A stretch of DNA of 64,000 nt from positions 67,783 through 131,782 of the forward strand of contig CAWVBZ010000001.1 of NCBI GenBank assembly GCA_963927785.1, in the 5' to 3' direction. The DNA is from Candidatus Saccharimonadota bacterium. GTDB taxonomy: Bacteria > Patescibacteriota > Saccharimonadia > Saccharimonadales > Saccharimonadaceae. This document shows, one piece after another, positions 20,157 to 30,155 of this stretch. The notes beneath the pieces were generated by a model that had not been told where the DNA came from, searched no databases, and was given only the letters and a program-made list of their open reading frames with translations. The stretch's first letter is position 1. Each line of letters begins with the position of its first letter. The position numbers were made by a program, and so were the translations under genes.

Positions 20157-20426
20157 GCTCTAAGTCAAAATCGACGGGTATTCACTGATGAATCATTGGC
20201 TCAGTTGGAGCTGGTCAAGTGCTTTCGTGGTTGCGGTATGTCGATTGAGTCGATTAAGAAGTATTTGCGACTAGCCAAGGACGGCGATGCAACGTTGTTG
20301 CAGCGATTCGAGATTATTAAACAGCAACAGCGAGCGATTGAGGAACAATTTAATGAAGCCAAGCGGCGCCTGGAGTTCATTAACCGCAAGGTGCAATGGT
20401 ATCAAGGTAAGTTGGATAATCGATAA
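20157..20426 (+). pseudogene. MerR-family regulator remnant (N-terminal HTH missing)
   Basis: NRRVFTDESLAQLELVKCFRGCGMSIESIKKY...RKVQWY; no proper start or first helices. Confidence 0.7.
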
Positions 20427-20512
20427 CTCCACGCTTACCCATCATTTTTAGTAAAAGAAAAGCCGCCCGCATGGTTAGCGAGCGGCATTTTGGGTGGATC
20501 GGACGCATATGT

Positions 20513-21262
20513 CTAGTCGGCTATTCCCCATTCGGGATGGCGGCGCTGGAGTTTTTCGACTTCCAAGCGGGCCTGCCTGGACAACTCGTTAGCTTCGCTT
20601 CTGATCTGGAAATACGGCTTGCTATAGAACAAGACGTAGAACCCAGCAATAAGCAGAATTGCCACTATTGGTATGTTGGACCAAATGACTGCTGTTCCGC
20701 CAACGATGGATGCAACGATAAAACCGATAAAGCGTCGCCGTTCGTAACGGACGGTAGTGAGCCAAGCACACCTCATCTCGCTGATGCACTTACCGGACTC
20801 GATCTCAAGGTGTATTGAGTGGTCGTAAGCACAGCTTGGGTTGACTATGACTGTCTCGGTAATGTTGAGGTCGCGCATGACGATTCTAGCCATTTTAACG
20901 TTCACAACATTGACAATCTTGTCAATTGTCTGCGCAACTATCAAGTAGTTGTAGACACCGTTGCGACAATCTGGCTGGCTACGTCTGACGATAAAGCCGC
21001 TGTCGATGGCATCAAGCGTGGTATCTGCGTTGTCCAGGTACTTGACGATCTGCTCGACTGCCTGGTTGACGGCGTGTTGCATAACCCTGGTCTCGAATTG
21101 CGGCCCCAGAGCCTTAAGCGATTGATTAGCTAATTTGTCCAACTGATCATTGACGCTAGCCTCCTCCATGGTGACGATGATATCGGTTTGATCGTTGCCA
21201 CCTTGACGAATCCGATAATACAGATAGATGGTTGGCTCCAACTCGTCGGTAGAGATAGGCAA
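20513..21262 (-). CDS. Hypothetical membrane protein (two C-terminal TM helices)
   Basis: 249-aa ORF, SD GAGGAGAGG, hydrophobic hairpin near the C-terminus. Confidence 0.7.
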   Translation of the reverse strand: MPISTDELEPTIYLYYRIRQGGNDQTDIIVTMEEASVNDQLDKLANQSLKALGPQFETRVMQHAVNQAVEQIVKYLDNADTTLDAIDSGFIVRRSQPDCRNGVYNYLIVAQTIDKIVNVVNVKMARIVMRDLNITETVIVNPSCAYDHSIHLEIESGKCISEMRCAWLTTVRYERRRFIGFIVASIVGGTAVIWSNIPIVAILLIAGFYVLFYSKPYFQIRSEANELSRQARLEVEKLQRRHPEWGIAD

Positions 21263-21369
21263 AGCTATCCTCTCCTCTCATTGTAGGTGCGATTCCTATA
21301 GAACGTGCTGATATATTATAAAATAAAAACGTCCATTTGGCTAGTGTCAAGTCATTTAGCCTGTTAGAT

Positions 21370-22140
21370 TTAAGACAATTTAGACCGACGACGGATTATC
21401 TGGGCGAAGTTGTGGCAAATTTGGCGCGAAGCTGCTTCGTTGTCGTGCATAAAATGGCTAGCCCGTTTAATGACTAATGACCAGTCTATTCCGGCGTCGA
21501 TCAACTCATTGACGCGCTTCTTGGTCCAGTTGTTGACGGTTTCAGTGTTGACTTCAGGATGAAATTGTAGGCCATAAGTATAACGCCCGTAACGGAAAGC
21601 TTCGATCGGGCATCGATCAGAGCTAGCTAGTAATTCGGCCCGGTCGGGCAATTGCTTGATGTAGGCTTGATGATTTTCGTGCATGGAGATGGTTGAGCCT
21701 AATCCTTTAAATAATAAATCGCTCTGCCCCGATTTACTTAAATGAATATCCGCAACGCCAAATTCATATGGCTTGGTGCAGTATTTTAATTGGTTGTTGC
21801 AACTATCAATCTGTCCACCCAGGGCGTGGGCTACAAGCTGGGCGCCTAGACATAAGCCAAGCACGGGAATGCGCTGGGCGGTCGCTTCGATGATAAGCTG
21901 CTCAACTTGTGGAAACCACCAGACGCTATGTGGTTCATCACCAACATTGGCGTCGCCACCAGCAATGATGACAGCAGCGAAATGATCGCTGGCTGGACTG
22001 TTAGTACTGTAATAGATGTGATTAGGTAGTTGGCCAGCTGGTCCTAGACGATTATCTATTTGAAAACCAGCTTCCTCGAGCCATGGCTGGAATCGCTCGG
22101 CATTGCAATCTGCCTGGTGATTAATAACGAGTATTTTCAT
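21370..22140 (-). CDS. Class I glutamine amidotransferase (GMP-synthase-like GATase), stand-alone
   Basis: PVLGLCLGAQL (catalytic Cys) and GLQFHPE (His-Glu). Confidence 0.9.
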   Translation of the reverse strand: MKILVINHQADCNAERFQPWLEEAGFQIDNRLGPAGQLPNHIYYSTNSPASDHFAAVIIAGGDANVGDEPHSVWWFPQVEQLIIEATAQRIPVLGLCLGAQLVAHALGGQIDSCNNQLKYCTKPYEFGVADIHLSKSGQSDLLFKGLGSTISMHENHQAYIKQLPDRAELLASSDRCPIEAFRYGRYTYGLQFHPEVNTETVNNWTKKRVNELIDAGIDWSLVIKRASHFMHDNEAASRQICHNFAQIIRRRSKLS

Positions 22141-22560
22141 TCAGCCCTCCCTTCGGCTAAGCGACGCCTGGATGCTACGGGGCGTTTCTTTCCATTGCGA
22201 TATAATCCAACGATCGATGATGACATCTCGACAGTGTTATTGATGATGTTGGCGAATGCAAGGACGTGGATGGTATATATATGCGTACAACTATTTATTT
22301 TATCCATTTATGTTTATTATATACCACTACCGAAGTGCGCCCCGGCGGAACCGGGGCGCTGACGGTGAAAGTACTGGGACGAGAAGCTGTTGTTGGGGGC
22401 AATACACCTCCATGGTTGAGTTGATGATATCAAGAAAACATAATAACTCTATTATGACAACACGTATGCATCTTTACTCTACTGCTTTGCTTGACGTTAA
22501 TTATCATGACTTAGACCTATGAAAAAGCCCCGGTTTAACCGGGGCTGGATTATGGATATG

Positions 22561-23142
22561 CTAACGGAGAGCTTGGATGCTTGTTCTGATGCGCTCCATC
22601 AAATTGACCATGCAGTCAACTGCCTGATCGCCATCAAACGCCTTGCCAACCTCAGTTGTGCCCATGTCAATGGTGAGTAGTCCATCGCTAAGCTTAATCT
22701 CTAGATTAGCTTTATTTAATTTGTGGGCCGTTATAATGGCATCACAAATGATGTAGCTACTTACCTTAACGGCGACCTGCTCGTTCGGGTAACGGATAGC
22801 AAGCCTAAGCCACTCAAATAGTGACATTAGCCCTTTATGCTGGTCTGGCTGGGCGACATCGGATATAAACGACCATAACACGCGCTCGACTTTATCTTCG
22901 CCAATGTACAACTCCAGATCGTTGGTGATGCGCACTGGATCAATTAGCCGATGTTCGCGATCGTCGTCGCGCACTGTGGTGACGGCAACGCCACCATTGG
23001 TAAATGGGTCGTTGTTACTGTCGGCACGGATGATGAGCGTCTGGTTGCATTTTTGGTAGCCACTGATGACTAGCTGCATCCATGCTTTATTCTCTTCCAT
23101 GCCAACAGCGGACCCTGCATTAGCCTGCTTAATATCAAGCAT
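22561..23142 (-). CDS. Hypothetical protein
   Basis: 193-aa ORF, SD AAGGAG, terminator AGCCCCGG/CCGGGGCT at 22526-22546. Confidence 0.7.
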   Translation of the reverse strand: MLDIKQANAGSAVGMEENKAWMQLVISGYQKCNQTLIIRADSNNDPFTNGGVAVTTVRDDDREHRLIDPVRITNDLELYIGEDKVERVLWSFISDVAQPDQHKGLMSLFEWLRLAIRYPNEQVAVKVSSYIICDAIITAHKLNKANLEIKLSDGLLTIDMGTTEVGKAFDGDQAVDCMVNLMERIRTSIQALR

Positions 23143-23318
23143 GCTGTCTCCTTAGGGGTAAAGAACGTCATGCGACTTTCGCATGATTTAACGCCATATA
23201 TTATACCACTGATCATTGTTGCAAACAATAGCTAGAACACAAATTTACAACTATTGCAATAGCTGAAACTGTATCAGCGAACAATGCCGAATAACCGTGC
23301 TGCACTTTGCTGAATTGC

Positions 23319-26279
23319 TTAGCGGCGACCATTTTTACGATTCTGACGTTGTTGCTTCTTTTTCTTTTGTGCAACACGGCGTTCGTGATTCTTTTCGGAC
23401 TGAGTCTTTTCGCGCTTGACGGACTTAAAGTCACTTTCGTCAGTCCCCTCTGGTGCTGGCAGACCTGCCTCGTTAACGCCCTTTTCGACGGCGCTAGCGG
23501 CAGCCTTGGTTAGATCGCTGTCATAGGTATCGTCCTCAACCTTATCTGCGTTCACCAATCGCTTTTGTAGGCGGAAGATAACGCGCAAGACCTCTTCTTG
23601 CAGAGTGCGTTGTAATGAGTCAAACAGCTTCTGGGACTCCACGCGGTACTCTACTAGTGGATCGCGCTGACCAATACTGCGCCAATGGATGCCCTCGCGT
23701 AGATGCTGCATGTTTTCTAGGTGTTGCATCCACAACACGTCCAGAACTTGCATATAGATTTCGCGCTCGGCACCACGCAACAAATCGGCTCCTAGCTCAT
23801 CCTCTTTCTTGTCATACAGCTTCAGAATAGCCTTACGAGCAGTGATTAGGCGCTTCTTGTCATTCTTAATAGTGGCGATGTCACGAATTTGGTCGATAGT
23901 TAGAGGGAAGATCTCCTGAAACTTCTCGAACTTCTTGGTGTCATTCTTCTTAGCGCGATGAGCTAGCAATGCGCTCAGGCGAGCATCGGCTAGGCGTAGA
24001 ATTTCTGGGGAGATGTCATCGCCCTGCAGAATCTTGCGACGAATTGAATAGACGACCTTGCGGTGACGATTAATCACATTGTCGTACTGAACAACATTCT
24101 TGCGGGTGTCAAAGTTATAGCCCTCGACGCGCTTCTGGGCGGCCTCGAGTGTCTTGCTGACTGGCTTAGCACTGATGGGCTGGTCATCTGGCACACCTAG
24201 GCGCTCCATTAGGGCAGCGATGCGATCACCCTGGTAAATGCGCATCAAATCGTCCTGAGTTGAGACATAGAAATACGTATCGCCGGGATCACCCTGACGA
24301 CCACCGCGTCCACGCAACTGATTGTCAATGCGACGTGATTCGTGTCGTTCAGAACCAATGACGACTAAGCCGCCTTTATCTGCCACGCCCTTGCCCAGCA
24401 TAATGTCGGTACCGCGACCAGCAATGTTGGTAGCTAGTGTAATAGCGCCCTCTTGCCCAGCCTTAGCGATAATCTCGGCCTCGCGTTCGTTGTTTTTGGC
24501 GTTCAAGGTTTCGTGAGGCAATCCAGCCTTATCCAGTGCGGAGCTAATCAACTCATTTTTGGCAATACTGGCAGACCCAATTAGAACAGGTCGGCCTTCA
24601 TCGTGAAACTCTTTAGTAGCAGCCACGATAGCTTTAATTTTGCCAGCTTCGGTTTTGTAGATTTGATCCTCGTGGTCAACACGCTTAATTGGTTTGTTGG
24701 TTGGAATCTGAATAACATCTAGTCCATAGATCTGTTGGAATTCCTCAGCCTCGGTAAAGGCGGTACCAGTCATGCCAGATAGCTTGTCATATAGACGGAA
24801 GTAGTTCTGGAATGAAATAGTAGCTAGGGTTTGAGACTCTTGGCGCACCGGGACATGCTCCTTAGCCTCAATAGCCTGGTGTAGCCCCTCGCTATAACGA
24901 CGGCCTTTCATCAGGCGACCAGTAAACTCGTCAACGATAATCACTTCGCCGTCCTTGGCGACAACATAATCCTTGTCGCGTTTGAACAGGGCGCGAGCTT
25001 TAAGCGCCTGGCTTAGGTGGTAAACGGCGCGAATGTGTTCGGGCGAGTATAGGTTTTTGATGCCTAATAGCTTCTCTACCTTGTCGACGCCGCGATCAGT
25101 CAGAGCGACGGTCTTGCGCTTTTCGTCGACCTCGTAATCGCCATCTGGCTCGTCTTCTTCCTCGTCTGGGTCAAGTGGCTTACCGGTTAGAGGATTCTTT
25201 AGCCCCTTGCCAACGCTGGCGACAGTTTTGCTAGGTGCTTCCAGTTGATCAACTAAGGCAGCATATTTGACATATAGATCTGGATTATCGGCAGCTGGTG
25301 CCGAAATAATTAGCGGTGTGCGAGCCTCATCGATTAAGATGGAGTCCACCTCGTCAACGATGGCAAAGTTTAGTTCGCGTTGACGCAGTAAATCTGGATT
25401 GCTGACCATATTGTCGCGCAGATAATCAAAGCCAAATTCGTTATTGGTGCCGTAGGTAATATCGGCGGCGTAAGCTTCTTTGCGGCTGCACGGCTTTAGA
25501 TGTGACATACGCTTATCGTAGTGGTCAGTGTTCTCATACTCAGGATCGTAAATAAAGCTGGCATCATTAATAATGACACCAGTGCTCATGCCTAGAGCGT
25601 GATAAAGCTTGCCCATCCAGCCACCGTGCAACTGAGCTAGGTAATCGTTAACTGTCACCATGTGGACGCCACGACCAGTCAGTGCGTTTAAGTATACAGG
25701 AGCTGTTGCCACCAAAGTTTTGCCTTCACCGGTCTTCATCTCGGCAACGTTACCCTCGTGCAGGACGATGCCACCCATTAACTGAACATCAAAATGTCGC
25801 TGGCCTAGAACGCGGCTGGCCATTTCCCTTACTACAGCAAAGGCGTCGGGCAGAATGATATCCAAGGCGTCCTTGCGGCGTTGTTTGGCCTTGCGTTCGC
25901 GAATGGCATCGATAGCATTGAAATCATCAATGGTAGCAGTGCCAACCTTAGCATATTTCTCGCGGTCGGCTTCGCTCATCTTGTTAACGAGCTTGCGGTC
26001 GGCGGTTAAGCCTTTTTCTAGCTGCTTGTCACTAACTTTTGCAGACTTATTCTTGCCTTTGGCTGATTCTTTCTTAGCCTCTTCTTGCTGAGCTTTCTTG
26101 GTCAGCTTAGCCAAGCGCTTTTTAAGAACGTCGGTCTGCTTAGCCAGCTCCTCATCGCTCATTTTGGCATATTTATCGCTAAGGTCATTAATTTCGTCAA
26201 CGCGTTTTTGCAGGCGATGGATAATCTTCTTCTGGGGGTCGCCAAAGATTTTTCCCAGAACCTTATCTTTCGATGGCAT
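23319..26279 (-). CDS. secA: Preprotein translocase ATPase SecA
   Basis: AEMKTGEGKT, YGTNNEFGFDYLRDN, IVDEVDSILIDEARTP, ATNIAGRGTDI, RRIDNQLRGR. Confidence 0.98.
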   Translation of the reverse strand: MPSKDKVLGKIFGDPQKKIIHRLQKRVDEINDLSDKYAKMSDEELAKQTDVLKKRLAKLTKKAQQEEAKKESAKGKNKSAKVSDKQLEKGLTADRKLVNKMSEADREKYAKVGTATIDDFNAIDAIRERKAKQRRKDALDIILPDAFAVVREMASRVLGQRHFDVQLMGGIVLHEGNVAEMKTGEGKTLVATAPVYLNALTGRGVHMVTVNDYLAQLHGGWMGKLYHALGMSTGVIINDASFIYDPEYENTDHYDKRMSHLKPCSRKEAYAADITYGTNNEFGFDYLRDNMVSNPDLLRQRELNFAIVDEVDSILIDEARTPLIISAPAADNPDLYVKYAALVDQLEAPSKTVASVGKGLKNPLTGKPLDPDEEEDEPDGDYEVDEKRKTVALTDRGVDKVEKLLGIKNLYSPEHIRAVYHLSQALKARALFKRDKDYVVAKDGEVIIVDEFTGRLMKGRRYSEGLHQAIEAKEHVPVRQESQTLATISFQNYFRLYDKLSGMTGTAFTEAEEFQQIYGLDVIQIPTNKPIKRVDHEDQIYKTEAGKIKAIVAATKEFHDEGRPVLIGSASIAKNELISSALDKAGLPHETLNAKNNEREAEIIAKAGQEGAITLATNIAGRGTDIMLGKGVADKGGLVVIGSERHESRRIDNQLRGRGGRQGDPGDTYFYVSTQDDLMRIYQGDRIAALMERLGVPDDQPISAKPVSKTLEAAQKRVEGYNFDTRKNVVQYDNVINRHRKVVYSIRRKILQGDDISPEILRLADARLSALLAHRAKKNDTKKFEKFQEIFPLTIDQIRDIATIKNDKKRLITARKAILKLYDKKEDELGADLLRGAEREIYMQVLDVLWMQHLENMQHLREGIHWRSIGQRDPLVEYRVESQKLFDSLQRTLQEEVLRVIFRLQKRLVNADKVEDDTYDSDLTKAAASAVEKGVNEAGLPAPEGTDESDFKSVKREKTQSEKNHERRVAQKKKKQQRQNRKNGRR

Positions 26280-26441
26280 AGTTAGAACTTATCTCCCTCA
26301 CTTATATCAGTAAATAAACTGTTTAGCATTATACCAGAGGTAATAGCATATTTCCACTGTTACGCCAGTTGTCGGGCTTTTAGGCAAGCGAAATGGCCCG
26401 CCCAGTGTAACCTGGGCGGGCCTCGATGGTTGCGCGTGGTT

Positions 26442-27026
26442 CTAGATGTAGATTCTGGACGTTTCCATCCAGCGGTGACCGTCAGTCGAGGCTATGGGGT
26501 CGTAGGTCGCCTGTCCTTCACCTTGTTTATGATGGGGACACAGCGCTAGGACCTCGCCATTGCGGCTCTGGACAACTCCGACAATGCGGCCAATAAGCGG
26601 CACCATGCTGTATAGAGGCTGATTGGTTAACCCCACCAGACCGAATAGATCTAATTTTTCGGATCTAGTGCCGCACGGCACCCTGGTGAACACCCCTGCG
26701 TCGTTGCTGCGAGGTGTATAGCCACCAGTCTCCTTCTGCGGAAGTAGCTTGCCCCACTGATAGCGGAAGTCGTCTGTGTGCAGGCTTTGCAGGCCGATCA
26801 CTAGGAAGCTCCGGCTATGTGCATCCAACCTGGAGTCGATGCTTACGATTTTTGCTGGCACAGCACTTGACTGCTCGCAATTGAGCAGCTTGGGGATGCG
26901 AAGTCGCTCGAACCTCCTTGGCGGTCGCTTTGCCTGGGTAGTCTCATCGTTTGTAGAACCATCATGTGCTGTGATAACGTTGCTCACATTACCACCTCTC
27001 CTGGTACGGTCGGATACGTCCGACAT
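26442..27026 (-). CDS. Hypothetical protein
   Basis: 194-aa ORF; promoter TTGACA-N17-TATTAT (27073-27045); hairpin GGCCCGCCCAG/CTGGGCGGGCC downstream. Confidence 0.6.
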   Translation of the reverse strand: MSDVSDRTRRGGNVSNVITAHDGSTNDETTQAKRPPRRFERLRIPKLLNCEQSSAVPAKIVSIDSRLDAHSRSFLVIGLQSLHTDDFRYQWGKLLPQKETGGYTPRSNDAGVFTRVPCGTRSEKLDLFGLVGLTNQPLYSMVPLIGRIVGVVQSRNGEVLALCPHHKQGEGQATYDPIASTDGHRWMETSRIYI

Positions 27027-27148
27027 CCGGCATTAAGCCTATATATAATAACAGCAAAGCGTTATTTTGTCAAAGTTTTTAACGATAAATAAATAGCCCC
27101 GCACGATATGTATGCGGGGCTGTCCTCCTTTCACTCAGATTGGAAGTG

Positions 27149-27751
27149 CTAGGCGGCAGTGACGCCAACTGGATGCCTATCCTCTCGGATAAAACCATTG
27201 ATTGCTGCCAAATGATTGCGCGTCAAGCCAACCGTATCTGTTGGAGTGATCATCAGTATTGGTGTTCCCGTTTGCTTAGCGCAGTTGTCTAAGGTGGTTA
27301 GCTCTGGACTGCACGCTGCATATTCATCATCAATCCAGATAATCGGCCTAACGCGACCATCGTTCCGGCTACGCATCATCTGCCAATGGATGATGTCGGG
27401 CTTGCTGCGCAGGGTAACTACGTCGTCTGCGTGACAGTAGGCGAGTTCTTCGATGATAACCTTGCGACGATCAAATCCTAGCTGATCGCTGATGGAGCTA
27501 ATTTCAACTGGGTCGGACACTAGCCAATGCCAGGCAATGTACCAGTCGTTGATTAATGAGCGTAGCTCGTCAATCAATTCGCTTGACCAGCGAACGTCGT
27601 TGGGTGCGTGGTGGTCGATTGGGAACACATCGGCCTCATCAACGTTGCTAATTGCCCCGACTGGTTGCATACGCGGTGAAATCACGCCATAAAAGTCGCA
27701 ATAGACGATTGGCGTGGCGCATCCAGTATAGACATCAGTGTTATTGAACAC
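27149..27751 (-). CDS. HAD-like protein resembling the Swiss-Army-Knife RNA-repair HAD domain, motif I degenerate
   Basis: IVYCDFYGVI, IIWIDDE, ILMITPTDTVGLT. Confidence 0.6.
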   Translation of the reverse strand: MFNNTDVYTGCATPIVYCDFYGVISPRMQPVGAISNVDEADVFPIDHHAPNDVRWSSELIDELRSLINDWYIAWHWLVSDPVEISSISDQLGFDRRKVIIEELAYCHADDVVTLRSKPDIIHWQMMRSRNDGRVRPIIWIDDEYAACSPELTTLDNCAKQTGTPILMITPTDTVGLTRNHLAAINGFIREDRHPVGVTAA

Positions 27752-27903
27752 GATCTTCCTTTCTGGGAAATGGTGTAGTTAAGGTGCGATAGTAACTATC
27801 GATCATATATTATCTAATAAAATATAAGTTTTGGCAATAGAAGAGCCCCGCGAACAAGATGCTGCTCGCGGGGCTGTGGGAGGATGGCCTAGCCGATCAA
27901 GTG

Positions 27904-28260
27904 CTAACAGTTATAATAATCCTTAACAGACTGACTTACGTCGGACAGCCATAACTCATCCTCGGGATTGACCTGTGGTTCAGCCGCCTTAACCCACAAT
28001 TCAAGCGTGTCGTCACAATCCCTAATGGTTGACACGTATATCCGGTGGTTTAACCGTCGGTCCATGTGTTGCAATACGTAGTGAATCATGTTGGCGGCAT
28101 CGTCGTCGCCAACTCTTTGGGTGATGGTGGTTAATGGATCGTGCTTGCTAAACTGAGTGTAGATGCCTCTAAGGGATTCTAGTCCGCTAATCCGCACAAC
28201 ATCGCGTGCTGAGTTGTGGCTAGTGTCCTGGAGGGCCTCGATTGTTACTGACACTTGCAA
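27904..28260 (-). CDS. Hypothetical protein
   Basis: 118-aa ORF followed by an AGCCCCGCG/CGCGGGGCT hairpin; start uncertain. Confidence 0.55.
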   Translation of the reverse strand: MQVSVTIEALQDTSHNSARDVVRISGLESLRGIYTQFSKHDPLTTITQRVGDDDAANMIHYVLQHMDRRLNHRIYVSTIRDCDDTLELWVKAAEPQVNPEDELWLSDVSQSVKDYYNC

Positions 28261-28442
28261 TCAATCTCCTATCCTGATCACGGCATAGGCAGTGACCGCT
28301 ATCGCCGCCAGAATCACGGCTACGCCACCAGCCAGTGGGCCATATGCGGCATAGATGACTATGGTGGCAATGGCTCCTGCTACGGTCAGGCCAATCATGG
28401 TGTTGATATTGCGCTCTCGATCGGTCATAAGACTTCCCTACT

Positions 28443-29105
28443 CTAGGCGAAGGTGACGCCTATATGCCGCACAGATTCGTTTTGAACGAAATCGCACATG
28501 GTTTGGAACTGTTGACGAGTTAAGCCAACGCTGGCCTCGGTAGTGATCTTTAGGATAGCAACATCCAAATGCTTAGCCATGCTATCAAACTGACGCCATA
28601 TCTCGGACTTGGACCCAAAGTCGCTATCACACCAGATAATGTCCTGCGGTGGTTTCGCACGACTGCTGTGCTTGATGGCGCGACGAACTACGCGCGGCTT
28701 ATCGCGACGCTCATAAACTGACCGAGTTTTGGTCAGCATTCGGTCAAATCCTAGGGTCTGATCAAAAATCGGTGTCCATAGGTTGTCACTCGTTAGCCAA
28801 TACCACCGCATCTGACGGTCGGCAATCATGTTGGCCAGTTGTCCAGCTAGCTCTGACGAAAAGCCGTAGCTAATCAACCGATCGCAGTTGATTACCGTGT
28901 CGATGTCGAAGCCGTCTTTGCTTTCGGCTAGCTCGGGTTGTTCGAGTGTGCTCTCGACCAGCTTACCAGTTCGGCTATAGTAGCTGTAGGGGCTCAGGAC
29001 ACCCCTGAAATCGGAATAGATTCGGACAGCGTCGTTGCGTTTAGCAGAATGTCGCGGCTTCTTGCCGCGATGTCGACTAGTCTGTTTTTTGGTCTGATCA
29101 ACCAT
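28443..29105 (-). CDS. HAD-like protein, paralog of 27149..27751, motifs degenerate
   Basis: RIYSDFRGVL, IIWCDSD, ILKITTEASVGLT, C-terminus RHIGVTFA versus RHPVGVTAA. Confidence 0.6.
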   Translation of the reverse strand: MVDQTKKQTSRHRGKKPRHSAKRNDAVRIYSDFRGVLSPYSYYSRTGKLVESTLEQPELAESKDGFDIDTVINCDRLISYGFSSELAGQLANMIADRQMRWYWLTSDNLWTPIFDQTLGFDRMLTKTRSVYERRDKPRVVRRAIKHSSRAKPPQDIIWCDSDFGSKSEIWRQFDSMAKHLDVAILKITTEASVGLTRQQFQTMCDFVQNESVRHIGVTFA

Positions 29106-29246
29106 AAAATTCCTCCAATGATAAGGTGCGACCGTTAGTGCAATATATATTATGCAATAAAATGCTTAATTTTACCAGAATAAGCTAACCAAAAATAATC
29201 TCAGTGAATGAAAAAGCCCCGCACGTGGCGGGGCGTAAGCGGATGA

Positions 29247-29696
29247 TTAGGCAGCGACGCTCGATGGTCGATGATGATCGACTATTCCATCTGTTCGATA
29301 GGGGCGTGGCTGGTGGCCAAGTCCGCTGATGATATTCCAAGTCTGGTTGGTGGGTTGTGCGTAGATCTTGGCCATAGTTTTGTAGAAACTGTTTTCGACG
29401 CCAGGGTAGTCGGCGCCGTCAGTCAGCTCAATGGTGACCAAGCAGCGGTTGCTGTCCAGAGGGCTCAGCGTAATTGTGCGAATGTCGCGCCAGCGATCGT
29501 GCATCAGCTTGTCAAAAGCGTCTGTAAGCTGATCGTCGCCAATCTCTCGGCGGATTCCGTCGCTGGTGACAATTCGGTGATGACCGCCTGGTGCTCCGGC
29601 AACTTTAGCTCTGACATGAACAAGACGACGATTGACGCTGATGCGTAGATGTCGCAACTCTCTGTCGAGGTTGTAGCCAATGTCCAGAGTGTTCAT
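29247..29696 (-). CDS. Hypothetical protein
   Basis: 149-aa ORF, SD GAAAGGA, downstream GCCCCGC/GCGGGGC hairpin. Confidence 0.65.
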   Translation of the reverse strand: MNTLDIGYNLDRELRHLRISVNRRLVHVRAKVAGAPGGHHRIVTSDGIRREIGDDQLTDAFDKLMHDRWRDIRTITLSPLDSNRCLVTIELTDGADYPGVENSFYKTMAKIYAQPTNQTWNIISGLGHQPRPYRTDGIVDHHRPSSVAA

Positions 29697-29732
29697 AGTT
29701 GATCCTTTCGGTGTATTGAGATTCTTTCTGGC

Positions 29733-30155
29733 TCAGCAAAGCTCGATGGTTTTGCTGAATCCATCAATGTGGTTGTCGTTTTTGGCGGCCCACTGATACA
29801 GGTCGTCATAAGCTCGCTCCAACGAACGCAGCATGCAGCGCCTGTTTAACTCTAAGTCATGGCGGAGCCGCTTTCTCTTGCGGAACGCCCATGGTGGCAG
29901 GGCGTTTAGTTTGTCAAGATAAGCGTCGCACCGGCCAGTGTACATGGCGGCGTGATCGTAGCCGATTATCGCACAGATGAGATTTGAATCAATCAGGTCG
30001 TAATCGACACTGCCCAGTAGCAGGCGGATTGTCTGGAAGAGGTACTTGCTATAGCAATCGGTGACCACGTCACCAACTTGCTCATTCGAGCCGAGGACTC
30101 CTGCAGCTCGGTGCTCTAGACTTGCTAACAGTCTGGCGAGCTCCCCATTCATCAT
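29733..30155 (-). CDS. Hypothetical protein
   Basis: 140-aa ORF, SD GAAAGGA, promoter TTGACA-N16-TATAAT (30246-30219). Confidence 0.65.
   Translation of the reverse strand: MMNGELARLLASLEHRAAGVLGSNEQVGDVVTDCYSKYLFQTIRLLLGSVDYDLIDSNLICAIIGYDHAAMYTGRCDAYLDKLNALPPWAFRKRKRLRHDLELNRRCMLRSLERAYDDLYQWAAKNDNHIDGFSKTIELC

Noticed and set aside
22340-22380. Second hammerhead-like text CTGACGG...GAAAGTAC
   Set aside because: CUGANGA core is broken and there is no stem II or matching stem III
29133-29160. dif-like sequence GTGCAA-TATATA-TTATGCAATAA
   Set aside because: Weak left arm, and it coincides with the promoter region of 28443..29105; similar AT-rich text occurs at other promoters
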